Shown piece after piece: positions 1-9,396 of a stretch of 64,000 bases of DNA. The DNA is taken from the NCBI GenBank assembly GCA_019058315.1, contig JAHPZH010000002.1, forward strand, positions 512,001 to 576,000, given 5' to 3'. The stretch's first letter is position 1. Every line of letters begins with the position of its first letter. The notes below the pieces were generated by a model. It was not told where the DNA came from. It ran no database searches and saw only the letters and a program-made list of their open reading frames with translations. Position numbers and translations under genes: made by a program. Source of the stretch: Candidatus Helarchaeota archaeon (lineage in GTDB: Archaea > Asgardarchaeota > Lokiarchaeia > Helarchaeales > RDOG01).

Positions 1-2
1 TA

Positions 3-1154
3 AGTGACCCGACCACCCCCTCTGAAATCGGCTCTTGTTCTACCTCAGGAAATGTACATGGTGTGGTAGTATCGGGAGATATGGCATATATTGCCAATAA
101 TGTATATTTGCGGTGTATCAAAATCAGACAATGTGGGAGAGATGATTTAGATTCAGATGGCCTAACTTTCATTCAAGAAGTCTGGGAATACAATACAGAT
201 CCATCAGATGGAGACATGGATGATGATGGGTTGAATGATGGTGATGAGATTATGGTGTATCAGACGAATGTAACTAATAATGACACGGATTTTGATGGGT
301 TGAATGATGGTGATGAGATTATGGTGTATCGGACGAATGCAACTAATAATGACACGGATTTTGATGGGTTGAACGATTATGATGAGATTATGGTGTATCA
401 GACGAATGCAACTAATAATGACACGGATGGAGAGGGCTTAAATGATTATATTGAGATCATGGTTTATTATACAAACGCGACAAATCCAGATACGGATGGA
501 GAAGGTTTGACCGACTACGATGAAATCATAATGTATCAAACTAATGCATCAGATTCTGATACTGATAATGATTTGATAGATGATTATAATGAAGTAGTAA
601 TATATCACAGTAATGGTTCTAACGTAGATACTGATTATGATGGTGTAAATGATTACAATGAAGTTTTTATTTTTCCAACAAATATCACGAAGTATGATAC
701 GGATGATGATGGGTTAAATGATTATGAAGAATTATTTATTTATCCAACAGACCCTAATAACAGTGATACAGATAATGATGGGTTGAATGACTCCAGTGAA
801 TTACAGATTTATAATACCAACCCATGTAGTAATGATACAGATGGAGATGGGGTTAGTGACTACGATGAAATATTTGTATTTGGTACTGATCCGAACAATC
901 CGGGTTCAGATATGGGAGAAGGTAATATTCCATTTGTACCACTCATGAGCACCATGAATGTAATGGATTTCTTGTTGTCTCCAATCGGTTTGGGAATTTT
1001 AGCAGTCATTGGAGTAGCGTTTGCCATGGCGATTATCGCAGTAAGATCCAACGCAAGTAATAAGAGAACCATCAAGGAATTATCAGAAAAAATTAGCAAG
1101 AAACAGCTTTCAAAAACAGGCTTGAAAGATTCCATCAAAAAGGAAGAATTATGA
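3..1154 (+). CDS. 5'-truncated membrane-anchored surface protein: LVIVD-like repeat, Ca-binding DxDxDG (thrombospondin type 3-like) repeats, C-terminal TM helix and basic tail
   Basis: The frame is open from nt 3 (SDPTTPSEIGSCSTSGNVHGVVVSGDMAYIA, LVIVD-like), so the true start lies outside the window. About 11 repeats of D(T)DxDGLND..E....T(N/D)P follow, then hydrophobic LGILAVIGVAFAMAIIAV and a Lys-rich tail. Confidence 0.85.
   Translation, partial: SDPTTPSEIGSCSTSGNVHGVVVSGDMAYIANNVYLRCIKIRQCGRDDLDSDGLTFIQEVWEYNTDPSDGDMDDDGLNDGDEIMVYQTNVTNNDTDFDGLNDGDEIMVYRTNATNNDTDFDGLNDYDEIMVYQTNATNNDTDGEGLNDYIEIMVYYTNATNPDTDGEGLTDYDEIIMYQTNASDSDTDNDLIDDYNEVVIYHSNGSNVDTDYDGVNDYNEVFIFPTNITKYDTDDDGLNDYEELFIYPTDPNNSDTDNDGLNDSSELQIYNTNPCSNDTDGDGVSDYDEIFVFGTDPNNPGSDMGEGNIPFVPLMSTMNVMDFLLSPIGLGILAVIGVAFAMAIIAVRSNASNKRTIKELSEKISKKQLSKTGLKDSIKKEEL
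224..428 (+). repeat. Three near-identical 69-bp (23-aa) coding tandem repeats
   Basis: tgatgggttgaa...gatgagattatggtgtatc...aactaataatgacacggat recurs at 224, 293 and 362. Confidence 0.9.
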
Positions 1155-1401
1155 GGCAGTTAATTCTCCATCCTCTATTTTTTTTTATATAATTAAATAT
1201 TTAATCAATTTATTCATGAAGTATATCATTATAATAAATTCTTATTCACTTTATCAGGTTCTTGAAGACTTTTGACCAAGCATCTTGCATGATATAGGCT
1301 TTCATGTTATGTGAGATGAAACCTAATAGTCCACTATTTAAAATGCTTTGATTCAAACTTTTTTAAATCATAAAAATAAAGAAAATTTTCTAAAATATAA
1401 A

Positions 1402-1578
1402 TTAACGACTTTTTGTCGCGCTACATTGCCTTTTTTCTTTTATAAGATGCCCACAAGTTAAAAAAGTTGTCAGACAATTCATACAGACGAATTTTTCGTT
1501 GTTATTTTTACAATCATTACACCAATCCTCTCCAAGCTTCTCTAATTCCTCTACGCCACATTTTGGACATTTAATCAT
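1402..1578 (-). CDS. Small Cys-rich zinc-finger protein (58 aa), not in ORF track
   Basis: Translated by hand: MIKCPKCGVEELEKLGEDWCNDCKNNNEKFVCMNCLTTFLTCGHLIKEKRQCSATKSR*, with CPKC, CNDC, CMNC and CGH motifs. Confidence 0.7.
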   Translation of the reverse strand: MIKCPKCGVEELEKLGEDWCNDCKNNNEKFVCMNCLTTFLTCGHLIKEKRQCSATKSR

Positions 1579-1776
1579 CAAATTTCACTTTATTTTCATT
1601 AATAAATTATGAAGTTTTAATTACTTTAATAAAAGTCTACGAAAAAATTCAAATAAAACTTTCTAAATCTAAATGTTTTGGAATGAACAAGATATTCCAG
1701 AAATTTGGGATAGTAAAACACAAACTATAAAAAATTTTATTTGAATTTGACTAATTCTGTTTGAACAATTAAATCG

Positions 1777-3300
1777 GTGAAAATCATGAAACCGTGGTCT
1801 GGTAGATTCTCAAAAGAGACTGATAAGCTAGTAGAAGAGTATACTGCTGCTGAGGATATTACATTAGATAAAAAATTAATCATCTACGATATTATAGGAA
1901 CAGAAGTTCATAATATAATGTTAAATCGGGTAGGAATTTTAGAAACTGCAACACTAAATAAAATTTTATCTACGTTAGACGAATTAAAGAACTTATGGGA
2001 AGCGGGAAAATTTGCATTAAAGATTGACTATGAAGACGTCCATATGAATGTAGAAAAGTTTGTAATTGATAAAATTGGAGAAGAGACTGGAGGAATGATG
2101 CATCTAGCTCGATCTAGAAACGATCAAGTTCTTTTAGATTTAAGATTATATATTAGGGATGAAATTTGTGAAATCTTTGATCTCATTTTAGAGTTAATTA
2201 ATGTATTCATGGAAAAAGTAGAAAAAAACAGCGAAACTGTCATGCCCGCATATACTCATTTCCAACCAGCTCAGCCAATAACATTTGCATTTTGGTGTAT
2301 GGCACATGTTGATGCATTTATTAGAGATCTAACAAGGTTAAATGAGATCTTCAAGAGGATAAATACAAATCCTTTAGGAGCGGGCGCAATTGCAGGAGTT
2401 AGTTGGTCAATAGATAGAAGCATAACTATGGATCTTCTCAATTTTGATGGAATACAAGAGAATGCCTTGGATGTGATATCTTCAAGGGGTGAATTTACAT
2501 CTGAATTACTCGCAATTTTCAGTATAATAATGACTCATTTAGGCAAAATAAGTACTGATCTGATACTTTGGTCAAGCAAAGAATTCAATTTAATTGAATT
2601 AGATGATGCTTTTACTACTGGAAGCTCAATTATGCCACAAAAAAAGAATCCAGATGCTGCAGAGTTGGTAAGAGCTAAAGCTAATAAAATTATTGGATAT
2701 TTATCACAGAATCTTGGAATTTTACAAGGTTTACCTTCTGGTTATAATCGAGATTTTCAAGAAACAAAAGGACCCTTAATGTATTCTATTGATATTATAA
2801 AAGGATCTGTAAAAATAGTTTCAGGAATGATTAAGACTGTTAAAATTAATAAAGATCGGATGTTATCCCTAGCAAATAGTAACTTTATAACTGCTACAGA
2901 ATTAATAGATTTGCTGATGAAAAAAGGGAATATTTCATTTAGAACAGCTCATAAAATTGTTGGCAAATTAGTTGGTGTACTAATTTCTAAGGATTTAGAC
3001 CTTAATAACCTCAAAGCTACTATGATTGAAGAAACAATTAAAAATAGTATTAATAAAGAAATTGAAATTACTGATGATGATATCCAAAAAGCTATCAATC
3101 CATGGAAAACGGTTCAAAGAAGAGAACACATTGGAGGCCCCTCCAAGAAAGAAGTCTTACGAATGTATAAAGATAGAAAAAATATAATAAAAGAAATTAC
3201 TGAAAAAAATTTAGATAGGAAAAATAATATTAAAAAAAGTTATGAGTCATTAGAAAAACTTGTTCAAACTTTAATATCAAATAAAAAAACAAAAGAGTAG
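1777..3300 (+). CDS. argH: Argininosuccinate lyase
   Basis: N-terminal WSGRF, EDVH, ARSRNDQ, MPAYTH, and the fumarate-lyase signature GSSIMPQKKNPD. Confidence 0.97.
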   Translation: MKIMKPWSGRFSKETDKLVEEYTAAEDITLDKKLIIYDIIGTEVHNIMLNRVGILETATLNKILSTLDELKNLWEAGKFALKIDYEDVHMNVEKFVIDKIGEETGGMMHLARSRNDQVLLDLRLYIRDEICEIFDLILELINVFMEKVEKNSETVMPAYTHFQPAQPITFAFWCMAHVDAFIRDLTRLNEIFKRINTNPLGAGAIAGVSWSIDRSITMDLLNFDGIQENALDVISSRGEFTSELLAIFSIIMTHLGKISTDLILWSSKEFNLIELDDAFTTGSSIMPQKKNPDAAELVRAKANKIIGYLSQNLGILQGLPSGYNRDFQETKGPLMYSIDIIKGSVKIVSGMIKTVKINKDRMLSLANSNFITATELIDLLMKKGNISFRTAHKIVGKLVGVLISKDLDLNNLKATMIEETIKNSINKEIEITDDDIQKAINPWKTVQRREHIGGPSKKEVLRMYKDRKNIIKEITEKNLDRKNNIKKSYESLEKLVQTLISNKKTKE

Positions 3301-3309
3301 GCGGTAGAA

Positions 3310-3489
3310 TTGAGTAAGAAAGCAATCTGTCCAGAATGTTATTTCGAATTTGAAGTTGATGAAGGCGTAATTATGGGCGAAGTCTTAACTTGCGAAGATT
3401 GTGGAGTAGATTTAGAAATTATTGAAATTGGAGATAAAGAAGTTAAATTACAGTTAGCTGACGTCGAAGAAGAGGATTGGGGAGAGTAG
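3310..3489 (+). CDS. lysW: Amino-group carrier protein LysW (59 aa, TTG start), not in ORF track
   Basis: MSKKAICPECYFEFEVDEGVIMGEVLTCEDCGVDLEIIEIGDKEVKLQLADVEEEDWGE*: two CxxC motifs and the diagnostic C-terminal EDWGE. It lies between argH and lysX. Confidence 0.97.
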   Translation: MSKKAICPECYFEFEVDEGVIMGEVLTCEDCGVDLEIIEIGDKEVKLQLADVEEEDWGE

Positions 3490-3526
3490 AGGGGAGAATA
3501 ACTAAATTAATTAAACAGGAATACAA

Positions 3527-4414
3527 ATGCTCATCACTATTATATTCAATCGAATTAGTTGGGAAGAAAAACAATTAATTACTGAAGGTAAACGAAAAGG
3601 AGTAAATGTTGAAACACTAGATAATCGAAATATATTCTTTGATTTAGAAAAAAAGAAGTTTGAATCTGATGTATTTTTACAAAGATCGTTAAGTTATTTA
3701 AGAGGTTTATATTCTACTGCTATTCTGGAAAATCAAGGCAATTCTGTCGTTAACTCATATACAACGACAAGAATTTGTGGTGATAAACTAATAACTTCTC
3801 TAGAACTAATTAAAGCGGGCATTCCCGTGCCTAAAACATATTGTGCATTTACCAAAGAGAGTGCCTTAGAAGCTTTAGAAGAGGTCGGATATCCCGCTAT
3901 TATAAAACCAGTAATTGGAAGTTGGGGTCGATTAGTTGCATTACTAAAGGAGCCAGAGACTGCAATAGCAGTATTAGAGGATCGAGAAACTCTTGGACAA
4001 CTTTACCAAAAAATTTTCTATATACAAGAATATGTAAAAATGCCCCCTAGGGATAGACAAAAATATTTGAATCGAAAATCTGTTGCAAGAGATATTAGAT
4101 CATTTGTCGTAGGGGATGAGGTAGTAGAAGCTATGAACCGATATCCTATACCTGGAGATTGGCGAAGTGCTGCAACTCGAGGTGCAAAAGCCGAAACTTG
4201 CAAAATTACACCGGAAATTGAGGAATTATCCCTAAAAGCAGCAAAAGTGGTAAAAGGTGAGATTTTAGGGATAGATTTAATGGAAAATGAAAAAAATGAA
4301 TTAATGGTACAAGAAATTAATCATGGTCCAGGTTTTAAAGCCATTAGTCTTTCAACAGGTAGAAATATCGCTGGTAAAATAATTGATTATTTAATTCAAA
4401 AATATAAGAAATAA
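3527..4414 (+). CDS. lysX: ATP-grasp [LysW]-glutamate/aminoadipate ligase (LysX/ArgX)
   Basis: RimK-family motifs GDKLIT, IKPVIGSWGR, IQEYV, RDIR and EIN, directly downstream of lysW. Confidence 0.92.
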   Translation: MLITIIFNRISWEEKQLITEGKRKGVNVETLDNRNIFFDLEKKKFESDVFLQRSLSYLRGLYSTAILENQGNSVVNSYTTTRICGDKLITSLELIKAGIPVPKTYCAFTKESALEALEEVGYPAIIKPVIGSWGRLVALLKEPETAIAVLEDRETLGQLYQKIFYIQEYVKMPPRDRQKYLNRKSVARDIRSFVVGDEVVEAMNRYPIPGDWRSAATRGAKAETCKITPEIEELSLKAAKVVKGEILGIDLMENEKNELMVQEINHGPGFKAISLSTGRNIAGKIIDYLIQKYKK

Positions 4415-4450
4415 TTTTTTCTATTTTATGTAATTTAAAAGATGAGATAA

Positions 4451-5275
4451 GTGAATGTAATCGTTGTTAAAATTGGAGGAAAATTAATTTCTCAAGAGAA
4501 CGAAGTTTCAAAAGTTTTAGACGATATAGCAACCTTACATAAAGATAATAAAATAATTCTCGTTCATGGAGGAGGTCCTCAAATCAATAATTTATTAGAA
4601 AGATTGGGGAAAACTCCAATTATGGTTAAATCTCCATCTGGAATGACAAGTCGATTTACCGATAATGAGACCTTAAATGTTGCTGAAATGGTCATGGGTG
4701 GAAAAATTAACAAAGATCTAGTCGCATTACTACAAAGTCGGGGCGTTTCTGCAGTAGGGCTCTCCGGAATAGATGGAGCAACAGTACAAGCAAAGAAAAA
4801 AGATAAATTAATGACAATTGATGAAAAAACAGGGAAGAAAAGAATACTTCATGGTGATTGCAGTGGTAAAATCGAAAAAGTCGATATTAAATTACTACAA
4901 CTACTATTGGAAAATGGATATGTTCCAGTAATTTCTGCACTAGCTATTAGTGAAAATAATGAACCATTAAATGTAGATGGAGATAGATCCGCTCTAAATA
5001 TCGGAAGTGCATTTAAGGCAGATAAATTAATACTATTGACAGATGTGAAAGGTATTATATTAGATAATGAAGTCGTAAAAACGGTAGGAAGGGAAGAAAT
5101 TGATAACTTAATGCAAAAAATCGAAGGTGGGATGAGGAAAAAACTTTTTGCAGCAAAAGAAGCTTTGAATAAAGGATTAAAAGAAATTATAATTGCTTCT
5201 GGATTAATTGATAATCCAGTTATTTCTGCTTTATCAGGAAAAATAGGAACTTCAATTGCGTGGAAATACTTCTAA
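4451..5275 (+). CDS. lysZ: [LysW]-aminoadipate/glutamate kinase (LysZ/ArgB)
   Basis: Amino-acid kinase motifs VVKIGG, VHGGG, SR.TD, NVDGD, LTDVKG and GGMRKK, in operon context. Confidence 0.93.
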   Translation: MNVIVVKIGGKLISQENEVSKVLDDIATLHKDNKIILVHGGGPQINNLLERLGKTPIMVKSPSGMTSRFTDNETLNVAEMVMGGKINKDLVALLQSRGVSAVGLSGIDGATVQAKKKDKLMTIDEKTGKKRILHGDCSGKIEKVDIKLLQLLLENGYVPVISALAISENNEPLNVDGDRSALNIGSAFKADKLILLTDVKGIILDNEVVKTVGREEIDNLMQKIEGGMRKKLFAAKEALNKGLKEIIIASGLIDNPVISALSGKIGTSIAWKYF

Positions 5276-5282
5276 TTAAATC

Positions 5283-6452
5283 TTAAATAAATAAATTTAA
5301 ATCAAAATTGAATTTATTGAATAATTTTTGATAATATATTATTAATACTTGGATTGCAGCTAATGGTGCACCCCCATTAATATGAGGTAAAGTTATTTCA
5401 TTTTCTTTCATCTGAAAATATAGACCATTTTTCATTTTTGGATTTCCTTTTCTGCACTGATATTGCAATAATCTTTTAATTGCTCTATTTAAATCTCCAT
5501 TTTCAAATTTATAACCAGTAAAAAGATCATGCAATAACCATAGACGAAGTGTTTGTATAAGTTCATATATACTTTCTTCAGGGATTACTTTTCCATCTAT
5601 AAACTGACGTGGAAAGGCACCATTTTGGAATTGAAGAGAAAGTATCCATTCAGTAGCTTTTTGCGAGCTTTTTAAATATTGTTTATTCTGGTATTTTAAA
5701 CCTGTATATAATAAGGCTTCCGCTGCATAAAGGTGAGCATGAACTTGCGTATTTTCTATTTTTTGAAATGTAGGAAATCGTCCATTATTTTGTTGTTTTT
5801 TTAATGCCCAATCGCAGATTTTTAGTGCTTTCTCCTTTAATAAACTGTTTTTAGTGATTTCATATAAATTCAATAGACCAATCGCAATTTTCGCATGGTG
5901 TGGTTCGCTATGTAAGGACCAAGCAGAAATATCTTCTATTATTTTCCCTTTTTCATAATCATATGCGGCATGGAAAGACCCATCAGGCTTTTGCATATTA
6001 TTAATTAGCCAATTCGCAATTTTTTCAGCAATTTCGAGATATTTTTTCTCATTTGTATATCTATAAAGGTTTACTAGACCATTGAGACATATCCCGTTAT
6101 CAAATGAAAATAACCATGGTCGCATTGTTTTACTATCATAGAAAAATCTATCATCAATTGCCCCATAGATGTTTTTTTCTGCTAGATTAATTATATAATC
6201 TGCAGCTAGTTTCGCACGTTCAATTAACAGTGGATCAGGTTCAAATTCATTTATATACAGAAAACTAGTGATAGCATACCCAGTAAGCTCGGAATATGCA
6301 AAGGCATAAGAATCTGTTTTAAAATTGTAATAAATTCTCATAGAACCCTTAGTAAAATCGTCATCCATGCTCTGGATTCCAGAATTTAACAACCAATTTT
6401 TTAGTTCACAAATTATTTTGTAAATTTTGCTTTTTTCATTATTTCTATGCAT
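5283..6452 (-). CDS. Putative (alpha/alpha)6-barrel enzyme (terpene-cyclase/AGE/glycosidase-like); function unknown
   Basis: Repeated helix-W-L...Q..DG.F motifs (ANWLINNMQKPDGSF, CDWALKKQQNNGRF, TEWILSLQFQNGAF), plus YSELTGY and FDNG. Confidence 0.65.
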   Translation of the reverse strand: MHRNNEKSKIYKIICELKNWLLNSGIQSMDDDFTKGSMRIYYNFKTDSYAFAYSELTGYAITSFLYINEFEPDPLLIERAKLAADYIINLAEKNIYGAIDDRFFYDSKTMRPWLFSFDNGICLNGLVNLYRYTNEKKYLEIAEKIANWLINNMQKPDGSFHAAYDYEKGKIIEDISAWSLHSEPHHAKIAIGLLNLYEITKNSLLKEKALKICDWALKKQQNNGRFPTFQKIENTQVHAHLYAAEALLYTGLKYQNKQYLKSSQKATEWILSLQFQNGAFPRQFIDGKVIPEESIYELIQTLRLWLLHDLFTGYKFENGDLNRAIKRLLQYQCRKGNPKMKNGLYFQMKENEITLPHINGGAPLAAIQVLIIYYQKLFNKFNFDLNLFI

Positions 6453-6499
6453 TAAAAAAGAAACTAATAATAATTCTATATATTATTTTTCATTGTAGG

Positions 6500-7291
6500 T
6501 TGTGTTTTATGAGTTATAAAATTAAATATGTTCCTAAAAATGGATTCATTTCCCTTATAGATAAGAAGAATAAATTCTTGAAAAATATTCAATTTGGAAT
6601 ATTAAACCTCAAAAAGTCTTCGTATTCTGAAAAAAGTCTAGATTTCGAAACAGTATTGGTTATTTTAAGCGGAAAATGTTCCGTAAGAGTAGACGGGAAT
6701 AAATGGGATTCGATAGGGGAAAGAGATGATGTATTTGGAGGAAAAGCATATGCTGTATACATTCCTCCAAATTCTGATTTTACAGTCGAAGCTATAGAGA
6801 AAGTGGAAATCGCGGTTTGCAAAGCCCATACTTCATTTAAAGGGGAACCAAAATTAATTATTCCTTCTGAAGTCAAACTCAACATAGTAGGAAAAGATAA
6901 TTGGCAACGAAATGTTTATGATATAGTCCGAGATAACGTAAATGCACAAAAACTTGTAGTTGGAGAAACAATAAATCCTTCTGGTAATTGGAGTTCATAT
7001 CCTCCTCATAAACATGATGAAACTTCTGAAAATGAAGTTAAAATGGAAGAAATATATTTTTTTAAGATCAAACCCGAACAGGGATTTGGATTTCAAAGAC
7101 TTTATAATCCCGATAGATCGCTTGATGAGACTTATACCATTGAAAATAACGACCTTGTAATTATCCCGAAAGGTTATCATCCTGTAGTAGCAGCACCAGG
7201 TTATAAATTATATTATTTATGGGTGTTAGCAGGAGAAACAAGAACTTTAAAACCAAATGATGATCCAAATCATACTTGGATAAAAGATTAG
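6500..7291 (+). CDS. iolB: 5-deoxy-glucuronate isomerase (IolB/KduI cupin); likely start ATG 6509
   Basis: GNWSSYPPHKHD, EEIYFF, GFQRLY, PKGYHPVVAAPGY.LYYLWVLAG. Confidence 0.93.
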   Translation: MCFMSYKIKYVPKNGFISLIDKKNKFLKNIQFGILNLKKSSYSEKSLDFETVLVILSGKCSVRVDGNKWDSIGERDDVFGGKAYAVYIPPNSDFTVEAIEKVEIAVCKAHTSFKGEPKLIIPSEVKLNIVGKDNWQRNVYDIVRDNVNAQKLVVGETINPSGNWSSYPPHKHDETSENEVKMEEIYFFKIKPEQGFGFQRLYNPDRSLDETYTIENNDLVIIPKGYHPVVAAPGYKLYYLWVLAGETRTLKPNDDPNHTWIKD

Positions 7292-7292
7292 A

Positions 7293-8324
7293 TTATTTAA
7301 AATAGGGTAACACTTTTTCTGAAAAATCAGTAATAAACGTTCTAGCCCCTGGCATTAATTCTGGGCTTAAGATAAAATGAGTATTTCCAACTTTAACAAA
7401 TTCTTCAATTTTTTCGATAATATCCTCTGCTGATCCAAAAGCAAAGCATTTTTCAAGAATTTCATTTGGGATCTTCTTTGCTGTCTCAAGTAATTTCTGA
7501 TAATTTTTCGGTGTAGGAATAAATTCAGAAGGAGAAAAATCAGATGTAATTTCAAATCCTAACCGCTTAGTTTGCTCAGGAGAATAGGATAATATAATTT
7601 TCGCCGGCATTTTAATTTTTTCAAATACTTCGTCTCTATTTTTTCCTAGACCAAGGAAAAGAAAATTACTATAAATCATTTCGTCTAATTTACGACCATT
7701 TTTTTTCATAATTTCCTCGATTATTTTTTTATTTTTTGAATATAATTCTGGTGATAATCGTACAGGAATCCAACCATCAGCAAGTTCTCCAGTAAGTTGT
7801 AAAGTTCTCATATTATTAGCGGCAAGCCATATTGGTGGATATTTTTGGATTGGTTTTGGACGAATCATCGCCTTATTTAGATTATAAAATTGCCCATGAT
7901 AAGTTACAGGTCTTCCTTTCCATAATAACTTAATAATTTCTATAAATTCTCTTAATTTGGATATAGGGTTTTTCCAATCGATCCCATATGGATTTAAATT
8001 CATTGCAGCACCTGCACCTAAACCTAGAATTATTCTTCCTTTAGTAAAAGAATCAAGAGTCACAATTGTTTGCGCAAGAGATGCAGGATGCCTGATATGG
8101 GGATTGGTTACGCATGTTCCTAATTTGGTTGAAATGTTTTTTTTTGTTCCTAAAATGGATAGAATACACCAAGGGTCCAATGAATCTGGCACTCCAATAC
8201 CCATTAAGTGGTCGGGCATCCAAATTGAGTCAAAACCTGCTCCATCAGCCTCTATTGATAATTTTATAACTGTATTTGGATTATGAAGGGGCAGAACATA
8301 TCCAAATTTAACCTTTTTATCCAA
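7293..8324 (-). CDS. LLM-class flavin/F420-dependent oxidoreductase
   Basis: GFDSIWMPDH, LGTCVTNP..RHPA.LAQ, GRIILGLGAG, PPIWLAA, ELADGW. Confidence 0.92.
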   Translation of the reverse strand: MDKKVKFGYVLPLHNPNTVIKLSIEADGAGFDSIWMPDHLMGIGVPDSLDPWCILSILGTKKNISTKLGTCVTNPHIRHPASLAQTIVTLDSFTKGRIILGLGAGAAMNLNPYGIDWKNPISKLREFIEIIKLLWKGRPVTYHGQFYNLNKAMIRPKPIQKYPPIWLAANNMRTLQLTGELADGWIPVRLSPELYSKNKKIIEEIMKKNGRKLDEMIYSNFLFLGLGKNRDEVFEKIKMPAKIILSYSPEQTKRLGFEITSDFSPSEFIPTPKNYQKLLETAKKIPNEILEKCFAFGSAEDIIEKIEEFVKVGNTHFILSPELMPGARTFITDFSEKVLPYFK

Positions 8325-8337
8325 ATTAATTACCTGA

Positions 8338-9375
8338 TCAATTGAAATGGGGTAAAATCTTTTCTGAAACTTCGTCTAAGAACAATTTTGCGTCAGGCAT
8401 TATGTAAGGACATAAAATGAAATATCGACAATTACCAATCTTAATGTATTCTTCTATTTTATCAATAATATCGTCAGCAGAGCCAAATGCAAAACATTTT
8501 TCAAGGATCTCATTAGGAATTTTCTTTATTTGTTCAATGATTTTACCATATTTTTCTGCTGATGGCACAAATCGGGAATGTGAAAATTCTGAAGTCGGAA
8601 TCTCATATCCAAGTCTTTCAATCCTTTCTGGAGACATCATTAATAATATTTTTGCAGGGATTTCAATTTTTTTCAAGGCATCTTCTTTGTTTTTTCCAAT
8701 TCCAACATAAAAAAAGTAACTATACTCTATTTTTTTAGGGTCTCGACCATTTTTCTTTGCACTTTCCTCGATTATTTTTCTATCTTCAGAAAATAATTTG
8801 GGAGATAATCTAAATGGAATCCATCCATCAGCTAATTCACCAGTAAGCTTTAAAGTCCTTGGTTTATTGCCAGCGATCCAAATTGGAGGATTTTTCTGAA
8901 TTGGTTTTGGACGAATCATAGCTTTATTCAGATTAAAAAATTCCCCTTCATATGTAATTGGTCTTCCTTTCCATAATAATCGTATAACTTCAATAAATTC
9001 CTTTAATTTAGATACTGGTTTTTTCCAATTTATCCCATATGCATTTAAATTCATTGCTTCGCCAGCTCCTATTCCTAAAATGATCTTTCCTTTTGAAAAT
9101 GCATCAATTGTAGCAATTGTTTGAGCCAGGCACGCAGGATGTCTACGATGAGGATCGGTAACACTTGTCCCTAAACGTGTGGTTATTTTTTCATTCGTCC
9201 CTAAAACTGATAACGTACACCATGGATCTAAACAATCCGGAGCCCCAACACCCATTAAGTGATCTGCCATCCAGATTGAATCAAATCCGACTTCACTTGC
9301 TTTTATTGATAATTTCATTATTAAATCTGTATTGTGCATTGGAAGAACGAAGCCAAACTTAATTTTTTTTTCCAT
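8338..9375 (-). CDS. LLM-class flavin/F420-dependent oxidoreductase (tandem paralogue)
   Basis: Same motif set, and collinear along its full length with 7293-8324. Confidence 0.92.
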   Translation of the reverse strand: MEKKIKFGFVLPMHNTDLIMKLSIKASEVGFDSIWMADHLMGVGAPDCLDPWCTLSVLGTNEKITTRLGTSVTDPHRRHPACLAQTIATIDAFSKGKIILGIGAGEAMNLNAYGINWKKPVSKLKEFIEVIRLLWKGRPITYEGEFFNLNKAMIRPKPIQKNPPIWIAGNKPRTLKLTGELADGWIPFRLSPKLFSEDRKIIEESAKKNGRDPKKIEYSYFFYVGIGKNKEDALKKIEIPAKILLMMSPERIERLGYEIPTSEFSHSRFVPSAEKYGKIIEQIKKIPNEILEKCFAFGSADDIIDKIEEYIKIGNCRYFILCPYIMPDAKLFLDEVSEKILPHFN

Positions 9376-9396
9376 TTTTAACTCCTATTAAGTTTA

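Noticed and set aside
224-428. Regularly spaced direct repeats as a CRISPR array
   Set aside because: They are in-frame 69-bp coding repeats with no unique spacers, and there are no cas genes.
1295-1325. Hairpin taggctttcat...atgaaaccta as a SECIS allowing read-through of the TGA at 1152 (would give ...EEL-U-GS)
   Set aside because: The stem is short, lacks a convincing SECIS core, and the protein has no redox context. It is more likely a terminator-type or chance hairpin between convergent genes.
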